DNA from: a virus
Lineage: Duplodnaviria; Caudoviricetes
Length of the DNA: 40,571 nucleotides
Strand: one strand, 5' to 3'
IMG/VR virus record: IMGVR_UViG_3300048590_000239
Span: 1-40,571 of that record
Made by a program: the position numbers and the translations under genes. The notes beneath the pieces were generated by a model. That model was not told the DNA's origin and searched no databases. It was given only the letters and a program-made list of their open reading frames with translations. Below are positions 26,707 through 34,221 of this stretch, piece by piece (positions within the stretch are counted from its first letter, which is position 1; each line of letters opens with the position of its first letter).

Positions 26707-26796
26707 TAAACCTGTTAAGCATTGACATTGCTTATATTACATGATGTCTTGTTTAGCCGTTGTACAATATCTTGTACAGTATATTGCCCGGTGCAA

Positions 26797-27225
26797 CTAC
26801 CATAGTTTATATACCAAGCCGATTCCGATAACTGCCTGTATACTTCCGTCACCGCAATATGCCGGTCCTGCGAAGACTCCTATCCCAGGGCGCTTTGCTT
26901 GCTGCTCCGCGTCCTTCCACATCTGTCTCTCCTGTTCAAGAGAGGTCTCGAGCCGCCCAATGGATCCAGAGGCCCTCTGCATATACAGATTATGCTCCTC
27001 CTGCAGCATATTGTAGGCAGAGATCCAATGGTCCCGCTCCGTTCGGTATGTCCTTAACGCCCTGAGTATGGTCCTGCCTGTCTCTTCTGAGGCAAGATAC
27101 CCCTCGAAGGGGCTTACATACCCCTTCGATACGTGTCGGAAATCAATCTCCGCTGAGGAATATGCGCAGTTCCTCTGACACAGCAAGAGCAACATCGTCA
27201 GGGCCAAGACTGTCAACATACGCAT
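26797..27225 (-). CDS. Putative outer-membrane spanin-like lysis protein
   Basis: Signal-peptide-like MRMLTVLALTMLLLLC, coiled coil, C-terminal amphipathic beta segment ending VYKLW; overlaps the preceding gene. Confidence 0.5.
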   Translation of the reverse strand: MRMLTVLALTMLLLLCQRNCAYSSAEIDFRHVSKGYVSPFEGYLASEETGRTILRALRTYRTERDHWISAYNMLQEEHNLYMQRASGSIGRLETSLEQERQMWKDAEQQAKRPGIGVFAGPAYCGDGSIQAVIGIGLVYKLW

Positions 27226-27469
27226 GTTCCTGTTCCCGGATCTTAGATGCTTCTTCTCTGATCGTCTTGTCAAGTTCATCTATCCTCCTTTGGGATGCCG
27301 CCAATTCCTCTCTCAGCTCCTCGATCGCCGTATCAGTATTGACCACAGGAGGAGGATCCGGCTTGTCCCGCCACATCCATATGCCTGCAGCTGTCAGCAT
27401 GATAATGAGAACCGCAGCAACATAAATCATCTTGTTATTCTTCTGTCCGGTCTGTCTGGTGCGCATCAT
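27143..27469 (-). CDS. Putative inner-membrane spanin (Rz-like)
   Basis: N-terminal TM (IYVAAVLIIMLTAAGIWMW), Pro-rich linker, coiled coil; AGGAGG RBS. Confidence 0.6.
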   Translation of the reverse strand: MMRTRQTGQKNNKMIYVAAVLIIMLTAAGIWMWRDKPDPPPVVNTDTAIEELREELAASQRRIDELDKTIREEASKIREQEHAYVDSLGPDDVALAVSEELRIFLSGD

Positions 27470-27710
27470 GTCCGCAATCCCTCCTTCCGGACCATTTCTT
27501 AAAAGAGTATGCGCCCCATACGCCCCCGCATAATGTGGCAAGGGCATCAAAATACTCAAAGCTGCGGCCCTTGAACAGTATCTGATACCATGTTACTGCC
27601 ACCATCGCAGTAAGAACTCCTGCCCCCAGCCGGGGCAGAGACATTGCCTTGAACTCCAGATCATCATAAAATATCAGGGCAATATCTCTCAGCGGTTTTA
27701 GTATCTTCAT
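27435..27710 (-). CDS. Putative holin
   Basis: Two hydrophobic helices and charged C-terminus in the lysis cassette. Confidence 0.55.
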   Translation of the reverse strand: MKILKPLRDIALIFYDDLEFKAMSLPRLGAGVLTAMVAVTWYQILFKGRSFEYFDALATLCGGVWGAYSFKKWSGRRDCGHDAHQTDRTEE

Positions 27711-27712
27711 GA

Positions 27713-28036
27713 CTATTCGCTTCTGGAGCAATACACCTTGGACTCCAAAGTGTCCAGACGTTTATGCGCTGACTTGGCACTGGACTCAACCAGAACTACC
27801 CTTTCACGAACCTCTCCTATGTTTCGCTCGATTGTTTCTATACACACAGCAAGACGCTCAATGCTGACACGCAGTTGATCTATCTCTTTTCTCAGCATTT
27901 CAACCTGCTGTTTGCTTTCGTGTTGCAGTGCCTTGTTATCCTTCTGGAGCGGGGCAATAATTATTATCTTTACCAGCCCCACAGCAAAACTTACTATTGC
28001 AATGTAAATCGAGACGTTTTCAAGTGTGATGTGCAT
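27713..28036 (-). CDS. Holin/antiholin-like TM plus coiled-coil protein (XhlA-like)
   Basis: N-terminal TM; RERVVLVESSAKSAHKRLDTLE motif. Confidence 0.65.
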   Translation of the reverse strand: MHITLENVSIYIAIVSFAVGLVKIIIIAPLQKDNKALQHESKQQVEMLRKEIDQLRVSIERLAVCIETIERNIGEVRERVVLVESSAKSAHKRLDTLESKVYCSRSE

Positions 28037-28041
28037 TGGAA

Positions 28042-28401
28042 TCAGCCTCTCCAACGAGCCTTACGGCCGCGAACATCCACGTGGACAAAATTAGTGTATA
28101 TACCTATCCCGCCGTCTCTAAACTCCTTGATTTCCATTGCAGACTTAGCCAGTTCTTGCGGAGACAGTTCATCCACGCGTATATCTGCTGCCTTGCCTCT
28201 TACGTGCAGGCTGTTCTTCACTCCACCCACCGCTTTATTGTGCTTCTCACAGCGGCAGCCGGAGTTGATGTAGATGGGGTATCCGATATAGTCTCGCAAC
28301 CTTTGGAGCGCATCCAGCAATACCGGGTTAAGATTGTACTTTCCGCACCCACACTTACAGACAAACTCGGACTTGTCAAAATTCTTGCTTATATCCCCCA
28401 T
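28042..28401 (-). CDS. Peptidase M15A endolysin
   Basis: NFDKSEFVCKCGCG, INSGCRCEKHNKAVGG...SLHVRGKAADI, FVHVDVR. Confidence 0.92.
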   Translation of the reverse strand: MGDISKNFDKSEFVCKCGCGKYNLNPVLLDALQRLRDYIGYPIYINSGCRCEKHNKAVGGVKNSLHVRGKAADIRVDELSPQELAKSAMEIKEFRDGGIGIYTNFVHVDVRGRKARWRG

Positions 28402-28926
28402 CTAAATCACCCGCTCATCTAAGATTTTCTTGAACTCCAGGCAAAGGGCCTGGGCATTGCGTCCATACGCCTCTGCCATCGGACCGGCTCCGTTGTAATC
28501 CCGTGCAGCCAGACGTGTGTCTCCATCCTGTTTTTTGACCAGAGTGGCAAGGTGCGCTACTCCATACCTTATGTTCATACTTGGGTCATAGAGGGCATCC
28601 ATAACAGAGGGACCTTTATGCCACTCGGACAGATACCCCCATGCTGTAGTGACAAGCAGCTGCATAAGTCCGTAACTGCTCATGACTTCGAGCGCATTGA
28701 GTCCTGTTGCCCTTGATATCATCTGTATCTTATCGGCCCTTCCGTCCCTGATCGCCCTGTTGAGAGCTTCAGGTTCCGGACGTGTAGCCAGCGGATTCCC
28801 GGCACTCTCCATCTGAATTATTGCAAGCACGAGCGCCACAGGCACCGGGACAACCCCCTGACCCGCCCATCTCTCTGCCAATGGCAGCCATTGCATGATT
28901 TTAAGGTTCGGTTTTATTCTTGCCAC
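28402..28926 (-). CDS. Lytic transglycosylase (SLT) endolysin
   Basis: AIIQMESAG, SYGLMQL, LYDPSMNIRYGVAHL, DYNG. Confidence 0.85.
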   Translation of the reverse strand: MARIKPNLKIMQWLPLAERWAGQGVVPVPVALVLAIIQMESAGNPLATRPEPEALNRAIRDGRADKIQMISRATGLNALEVMSSYGLMQLLVTTAWGYLSEWHKGPSVMDALYDPSMNIRYGVAHLATLVKKQDGDTRLAARDYNGAGPMAEAYGRNAQALCLEFKKILDERVI

Positions 28927-28943
28927 CTTTACACCTCCCAAAC

Positions 28944-28966
28944 AAAAAGGGAGGCCGAAGCCTCCC
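28944..28966 (-). terminator. Intrinsic terminator between tail/DGR block and lysis cassette
   Basis: Minus strand GGGAGGC-TTCG-GCCTCCC-TTTTT. Confidence 0.8.
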
Positions 28967-28991
28967 CCTATTATTAACTTATAGTTAAGTT

Positions 28992-30557
28992 TTATGCTAT
29001 GACTATCTCCGTCTTATCCCACCCAAGAGTGCCTGCTGACACTGTCGGGAAGATCTTATAATACTTCTCCTCCGTTGCGTCATACGCTATAAGAGGATCT
29101 TTAAGATACCCGTAGGTATTCTCGCCCAGGACTCCGGGATAATTCCAGAGATAGACCACCTCAACAATGTCCCCTTCGGCAAGATCCGGATGCGTGAACG
29201 TAAGTCCGTTTGCTGCTATTACAGCCCCTACTGTCGATATAACCGTGTATCTGCCTGATGAGGGATCCAGCACTTTGATGGATTCAAGAGATGCAATCGG
29301 GAAGCCGGTGCGCGAGATCTCGAACGTGTCCGTGTAGCATGCCGTATCCTTTAACGCAGGCTCCAGCTTGACCTTGCCTCCCGGATAAAGCACCAATATC
29401 CCTGATGCGACTCCGGGAGTGCTTACCGGCTCCGCAAGAGCGGCACCGTCCTCGTCAAGGCGCTGTATGTGCGTACCATTTACTATTGTATCCATCACTC
29501 CGGCAGCATTGCGCCTCAGAGTGATAGGCTCTACCCACAGATATGTTGCATTGCCTCCGTCAGCGTCCGTGCTCTTGACCCTCTGTGCAATCACATTGGC
29601 TTCGCCGTCAAAGTATCCCGCTTCTAGCAGCGCATCAATATCGGTGACCAACGAGGCCTGCAGACCATACGCATCGAGATGGATCATGGTTATGCTGTCC
29701 ACCTCCATAACTGCACCTTCTGCCGCTGTGCCGTCTGCATAGTTGGCTATAAGACTGATCAGCATCGGAGTCTCGGGAGTGCCGTTGGCTAGAGATGTCA
29801 CCTTGCTTACCGTGTACCATGTGTCCTTGGCGGGAGTTGCCTGCATCTGCTGTGAGGTCTCCACCCCGCCGTTATATGCGAAATCGATGCTTGTGCATAT
29901 ATCGTTGGTAACGCGGAACTTAGCCTTGATATACATTGTCATACCTGTCTCGTAGGGCAAGGCCGTTATCTGCTTGACGGACGCTTCCCCCGACACACCG
30001 TCACCGGTGACAGAGCATATGCCGTTGGCAAATGACAGCACGCTGTCTCCACCTTCCCACAACTCCGACTCATCTGCGAAATCACCGTCTGTGATCCAGT
30101 TTTTTAAAGTCATCCCGCCATATATCACAGTTGCGCCGCCCTGGATAGCATCGACAGGCACGGTTGGCTCTATCAGCTTGCTTACCAAGCTGCCACGTGC
30201 AAGACCTGACGGATTATATCTGTTGAACATCTGATCAATCCCGGCAGAGTACGCCAGCTCACGCGCGCTTATTGCATCAAGCTCCGCGCTTACATCGGCA
30301 GCATCTGCCTTAAGCGCAAGAGCTGTACTTACAGCATCCATACTTGTGCCGAACTTGCCAAGCTGCGTATACGGATGCACCCCATCCCCCACAAAAAACT
30401 CTACCTCTCCCACGTTGACCCTGCCGATCGTGGCACAAAGCGCACCCTTCGGCGGGATCTGCAGATACGCTGTCCAATCATCATGGTCGTATGTCGGGAT
30501 CCCCGCTATCGCGTAATGCTCGCGCCTCAAATCATGTACCGAACTTGGAAACTGCAT
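28992..30557 (-). CDS. Putative tail-associated protein with carbohydrate-binding-module-like domain
   Basis: KNWITDGDFAD...YIKAKFRV...WYTVS CBM4/9-like pattern; beta-rich; frame open up to 30719, but best RBS (AAGGGGG) precedes ATG 30557. Confidence 0.6.
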   Translation of the reverse strand: MQFPSSVHDLRREHYAIAGIPTYDHDDWTAYLQIPPKGALCATIGRVNVGEVEFFVGDGVHPYTQLGKFGTSMDAVSTALALKADAADVSAELDAISARELAYSAGIDQMFNRYNPSGLARGSLVSKLIEPTVPVDAIQGGATVIYGGMTLKNWITDGDFADESELWEGGDSVLSFANGICSVTGDGVSGEASVKQITALPYETGMTMYIKAKFRVTNDICTSIDFAYNGGVETSQQMQATPAKDTWYTVSKVTSLANGTPETPMLISLIANYADGTAAEGAVMEVDSITMIHLDAYGLQASLVTDIDALLEAGYFDGEANVIAQRVKSTDADGGNATYLWVEPITLRRNAAGVMDTIVNGTHIQRLDEDGAALAEPVSTPGVASGILVLYPGGKVKLEPALKDTACYTDTFEISRTGFPIASLESIKVLDPSSGRYTVISTVGAVIAANGLTFTHPDLAEGDIVEVVYLWNYPGVLGENTYGYLKDPLIAYDATEEKYYKIFPTVSAGTLGWDKTEIVIA

Positions 30558-30813
30558 CTCTACCATCCCCCTTTTAATATATTGATATCGAATGACCCGA
30601 CCCGGTAAATAGTCGTAGACTATGCTGTGCAGGTCATCTATTACTCCTTCGTCACCGTCATTAAGCTTGCCCATAAACTGCCAGTTATCTTGGTCTAAAG
30701 GTGTACAGGTCTCCTGCACTTTTTAAAAAACCTTTATTGCTATTTTAAGCAAACCGTATGAGCAATACAGTGCTCCAATGGCAGCGCTGTCACATATAAT
30801 AAGCAACCACCGG

Positions 30814-30999
30814 CTAAATCTCATTAAGCATCACTTCCAGATCGTTAATGCGCGTCCTACATGCCTGCCTCTCTTCAAGCACGGCTGTGTATTCCCCCGG
30901 AGCCGTAACTCCCTCTGCCAGCTTTAACGCGACGTAGTCCGTCTGACGCAATATTTGCTTCATGTTTCTTATCTCTGTCTCAATCTGTTCTCTGTCCAT
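30814..30999 (-). CDS. Small tail-fibre assembly chaperone-like protein
   Basis: LRQTDYVALKLAEG...ERQACRTRINDL pattern; AGGAGG RBS inside the RT 3' end. Confidence 0.6.
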   Translation of the reverse strand: MDREQIETEIRNMKQILRQTDYVALKLAEGVTAPGEYTAVLEERQACRTRINDLEVMLNEI

Positions 31000-32122
31000 T
31001 GCAACTCCTCCTTAAAAATAATGTACTAAAAAGACTATCCATGTTTTGGATAGTCCGGTATGCATTTTTGTGCCCTATATACCCGCGCCACGACATATAT
31101 GAGTTGTATATCTGGCCGTATGTCATAAGCCCCTCATCCATGAACTTTCTGAACTTTTTCAACTTGCGCCTCTGCCTTACTATTGATTCTCTTCCTGCTT
31201 TTAGAATCACCCTGCCTGTGCATGTCAGAAAGAACTGCGACTTGAGAAAGGTAAAACCCTTGCTCAGCTTGGTTATATGCGTCTTCTTGGCGTTCAGCCG
31301 TATTCCAAGCTTAGCGCATTCCGTCCTTATAACTTCAAGGCATTCCCGGAGGCGCGCTTTACTCTTGTGGAGAAGATACATGTCATCCATATACCTTCCG
31401 TAACCCTTGATCCTGAGCCTCTCCTTAATGCAGTGATCCACACTGTTTGGGTACGCAATGGCGAATATCTGGCTCGTCTCGCTCCCAAGCCCCATGCCTA
31501 CATCACCAAAAGCGTCAACAAAAAGCATCGTGAAATCCACAAGCCTCTTATCCTTAAAGCTCTTGTTCAGGATCTCCCTTATGGGCTCGTGCCTCATGGA
31601 TCCGAAATAGTTAGAGAAGTCTATCGTCAGGACATATCCCTCATTGCCGTACTTCCTGTAATGTCTGTAGAGGTGTGTCTTCAGCCTGTTCACTGCAAAG
31701 GATATCCCCTTGCCCTTCATGCTTGCGCCGTTGTCGTAGATAAGTCCTCTCGTAAGCACCGGGAGCAGTGCATTGGCGCACAGCGAACGCTGGACCACCC
31801 TCTCTGAAAAATGCACACTGCTTATATGCCGCAGCTTGCCTCTCTCGACAATATCAAAGTTGATAAATCCCTTTCTTATGTCTTTGCCTGAGAGGATATT
31901 TTTATTGCTCTCGGTAACATTTTTGAGGAGATTCATCAGATATCTTTGAACGCTCGCTTTCCACATAACACCGCTTCTCGCCTTTTGGCTGGCGCGTATA
32001 AGGGAATTAATGTCAGCAACAGCCTCAAGGCTGTCATAGCTTTCGATACTGCTTTTTCTTTTTTCGCAGCGTTTTAATTTTCTTCGCTGGTACCTTGCTT
32101 CTCTCCGCTCGCTACTTGTCAT
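30980..32122 (-). CDS. DGR reverse transcriptase (380 aa)
   Basis: ERGKLRHI, HFSERVVQ, IDFSNYFGS, GMGLGSETSQ, catalytic YMDD, GFTFL; start MTSSERREARYQRRK with AGGGTGG RBS; basic protein adjacent to TR and avd. Confidence 0.95.
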   Translation of the reverse strand: MTSSERREARYQRRKLKRCEKRKSSIESYDSLEAVADINSLIRASQKARSGVMWKASVQRYLMNLLKNVTESNKNILSGKDIRKGFINFDIVERGKLRHISSVHFSERVVQRSLCANALLPVLTRGLIYDNGASMKGKGISFAVNRLKTHLYRHYRKYGNEGYVLTIDFSNYFGSMRHEPIREILNKSFKDKRLVDFTMLFVDAFGDVGMGLGSETSQIFAIAYPNSVDHCIKERLRIKGYGRYMDDMYLLHKSKARLRECLEVIRTECAKLGIRLNAKKTHITKLSKGFTFLKSQFFLTCTGRVILKAGRESIVRQRRKLKKFRKFMDEGLMTYGQIYNSYMSWRGYIGHKNAYRTIQNMDSLFSTLFLRRSCNGQRTD

Positions 32123-32356
32123 TAATAAGAACCACCCTGTACAATATTTATTTTGCCTCACGCCTAAAGCTAATTGCATAGCGACAATGAGCATGCAACA
32201 CTGGGTAAGCGTGAGAATCCAGCGCCATGCAAGGAGCGTCCGCTCAGTCGCATCAAGGTGAATATTTACCCCAAAGGGAAGGTTGCCCACTCCTTCCGAT
32301 AATAGATACTGATTTCGGTCCCTGAGGACTTACTCTGCCTGATCTTGCTTTCGCTC

Positions 32357-32488
32357 TTCGGAATCAGACGGGCGCGCACAAAGTGGCGTTGCTAGCGTTC
32401 GTATTGTTCGCATTGCCGTTGTTGTTGACATTGCAGCAGTTCGTAGAGTTGCCGCCATTAACGGACAGGAGCCACCAGTTGCACCGAT
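32357..32488 (-). repeat. DGR template repeat (TR)
   Basis: 132-bp ungapped match to 32989-33120 (offset 632); AAC/AAT-rich, reads RCNWWLLSVNGGNSTNCCNVNNNGNANNTNASNATLCAPV*. Confidence 0.96.
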
Positions 32489-32513
32489 ATACAGCAAGCA
32501 ACCTATGTAGATA

Positions 32514-32927
32514 TTATTTATTCTGGGTTAAAACCCTGTTTGCCTTTCTCCAGTTCTTTAAAAGAGCAATTTCTTTCTTAATTGATTCCGTAATACTGAC
32601 CAGCTTGTTGGCATCCACAGGCAAGGTCTCAATAAGATATTGAAGCAGCTGTATAATTTGCTCGCAGTTGCCTATAGCCTTTGTTTGGCAGTCCCTCCTA
32701 ATCTCCACCTCGTGCTCGTTGACAGGATAAATGCTGTTAGCCATAACAATATTGTTAAAAAGCTCCAGCAGTAAATCTATCATTGGCATAGCAAAAACAA
32801 ATTTATATCTCTTTGGAACATTTTTATCATTCATTATGAACCGGGTAAGGTTTTTTCTTAACTCGCAGCCATTGCGATAGAACTCAAGATCAGACAGGCT
32901 GCGGTTTCTAGCCAAAACGCTGCTCAT
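32514..32927 (-). CDS. avd: DGR accessory variability determinant (four-helix bundle)
   Basis: 137 aa between target and TR; VPKRYKF...MANSIYP...RRDCQTKAIGNC...LLKNWRK. Confidence 0.88.
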   Translation of the reverse strand: MSSVLARNRSLSDLEFYRNGCELRKNLTRFIMNDKNVPKRYKFVFAMPMIDLLLELFNNIVMANSIYPVNEHEVEIRRDCQTKAIGNCEQIIQLLQYLIETLPVDANKLVSITESIKKEIALLKNWRKANRVLTQNK

Positions 32928-32946
32928 TAGTTACTGGCTCCTTTCA

Positions 32947-32971
32947 ATCCCGCCCCACAAGGGGGCGGGAT
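32947..32971. promoter_or_regulatory. DGR target-recognition hairpin/cruciform
   Basis: Perfect 10-bp IR ATCCCGCCCC-ACAAG-GGGGCGGGAT, 9 nt after the target stop codon. Confidence 0.85.
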
Positions 32972-32980
32972 AAATGCAGA

Positions 32981-34204
32981 TCAACCGATTCGGAAGCAGA
33001 CGGGCGCGCACAACGTGGCGGTGCTAGCGTACGTATTGGACGCAAGGCCGTAGTAGCCGACAAGGCAGCAGTGCGTAGAGTAGCCGCCATCAACGGACAG
33101 GAGCCACCAGGCGCACCGATCGCCACCATCACCCTGATTCTTTACGCGCTTCTCAGAGTTCCCCGCAAAAACCGGATACTGTACAGAGCCATTCTGACTG
33201 TACCCCTTTGTTCCCCAGATAATTTCACCATAAACCTCGAATTCGCTCGGCACCCACAGCTTGCCTACATCATTCCACTCCCACGAAGTGGAGTCCGTTA
33301 GCGTTGACCCACTGCTATATCTAGTCTCGATATGCAGGCGTTTTTCAATGATTTGGGCTTGGAGTGCCGCAGGCAAATAGCCGTACCATGTTGTATTCAG
33401 TACGCTCTTAATGTTACTTACCATCCACGGAGCGGCATTAGCCGCACTACCATTGTTGACGTTTGTAGTGTTCCACAAAACATTAACGGGGTAGCAATCC
33501 TTGGACACAAAATCTATATGATGACCAACCGCAACATCCCCATATTCTCTATATGTATCGATTCCCGCAATCTGAGCCTTTATTGCGTTGCCATTCATGA
33601 CAAACGGCACATAATCCCCAACATGCAGACCACTGTAATCAACCGCTGTAATCCTAGCCTTTATCCACGCCCAGACATCAGAGTATCCCGCTATCTCAGC
33701 GGCATGTTTAACTTCAAGATTGACACCGTTATAGATGCGGTCTAGACCGAGAGTGGGATACCCACCGCTGCTTTGGTTCACTACTGTTCCATCCCCGGAA
33801 AATACATCCCAATCCGCAGCATCTATATGACAATTAACCGTCAGCGTTTTTGTTGCCCCTATCGACAAAACAGCTCCTCTATCGCACCGTAAGTGGATAT
33901 TCGCAGGAATAATAAGATCAGAAAGGATATTATGAGTACCTCTTGGCACACGTATTGTCGCATTTGTCCCGTTAAAATAATTGATCCACCAGGCGAGGCT
34001 GTGCTTTTTAGTGCTGTCTGATTGATCTGCATAGATAGCAATTAAATTATCAGCATTTAACATATATCCTCCGGCCTTATTCCCGTCACCAAGATAAACC
34101 TTGAGTTCATCAAGGCTGGATATTAATTCCCCTTGAGCCGGTGTCACCGATAAACGGGACGCTTCATTCCCGCGCATCAACTTAACGCGCTTTACATCCG
34201 CCAT
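32981..34204 (-). CDS. DGR target: receptor-binding/tropism protein (Mtd-N-like N-terminus, DUF6273-like C-terminal domain)
   Basis: VKLMRGN...PAQGELISSLDELKVYLGDGNKAGG N-terminus; KLWVPSEFEVYG...QYPVF...WWLLS C-terminus containing the VR; directly after tail fibre. Confidence 0.92.
   Translation of the reverse strand: MADVKRVKLMRGNEASRLSVTPAQGELISSLDELKVYLGDGNKAGGYMLNADNLIAIYADQSDSTKKHSLAWWINYFNGTNATIRVPRGTHNILSDLIIPANIHLRCDRGAVLSIGATKTLTVNCHIDAADWDVFSGDGTVVNQSSGGYPTLGLDRIYNGVNLEVKHAAEIAGYSDVWAWIKARITAVDYSGLHVGDYVPFVMNGNAIKAQIAGIDTYREYGDVAVGHHIDFVSKDCYPVNVLWNTTNVNNGSAANAAPWMVSNIKSVLNTTWYGYLPAALQAQIIEKRLHIETRYSSGSTLTDSTSWEWNDVGKLWVPSEFEVYGEIIWGTKGYSQNGSVQYPVFAGNSEKRVKNQGDGGDRCAWWLLSVDGGYSTHCCLVGYYGLASNTYASTATLCAPVCFRIG
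32989..33120 (-). repeat. DGR variable repeat (VR)
   Basis: 19 mismatches to TR, 18 at TR adenines; encodes RCAWWLLSVDGGYSTHCCLVGYYGLASNTYASTATLCAPVCFR. Confidence 0.96.
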
Positions 34205-34221
34205 ATTCTTATCCCCCTTAT

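Larger units (their letters stand above)
26526..26780. other. attP region with arm-type direct repeats
   Basis: CGTTGTACA-gct-TCTTGTACAGT (26526-26548) and CGTTGTACA-ata-TCTTGTACAGT (26758-26780) flank the tRNA-like core. Confidence 0.8.
30980..34204 (-). mobile_element. Diversity-generating retroelement (target-VR, hairpin, avd, TR, spacer, RT)
   Basis: All canonical components present in BPP-1 order, with adenine-specific TR/VR differences. Confidence 0.97.

Noticed and set aside
26500-26800. TGTACA repeats or the 84-bp tail repeat as a CRISPR array
   Set aside because: No constant repeat with unique spacers and no cas genes; explained as integrase arm sites and a coding duplication
28992-30719. 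Possible second DGR target (second VR)
   Set aside because: By eye no TR-like sequence at this gene's 3' end or elsewhere in the window; a BLASTn self-search would be decisive
30715-30735. TTTTTTAAAAA slippery run as a programmed frameshift into the 28992 gene
   Set aside because: No convincing upstream ORF with an RBS leads into it
30980-32122. RT as group II intron, retron or Abi RT
   Set aside because: No flanking intron structure or maturase/endonuclease domain seen; avd, TR/VR and hairpin identify a DGR
32123-32290. 56-aa N-terminal extension of the RT in the ORF track
   Set aside because: Overlaps the expected TR spacer; ATG 32122 has its own RBS and a typical RT N-terminus
32310-32345. 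Hammerhead-like motif (hairpin followed by CGAAA) in the DGR spacer
   Set aside because: The CUGANGA core is absent
32944-33132. 62-aa alternative-frame ORF across the VR
   Set aside because: The AAY codon phase of the TR matches the 407-aa target frame, not this one
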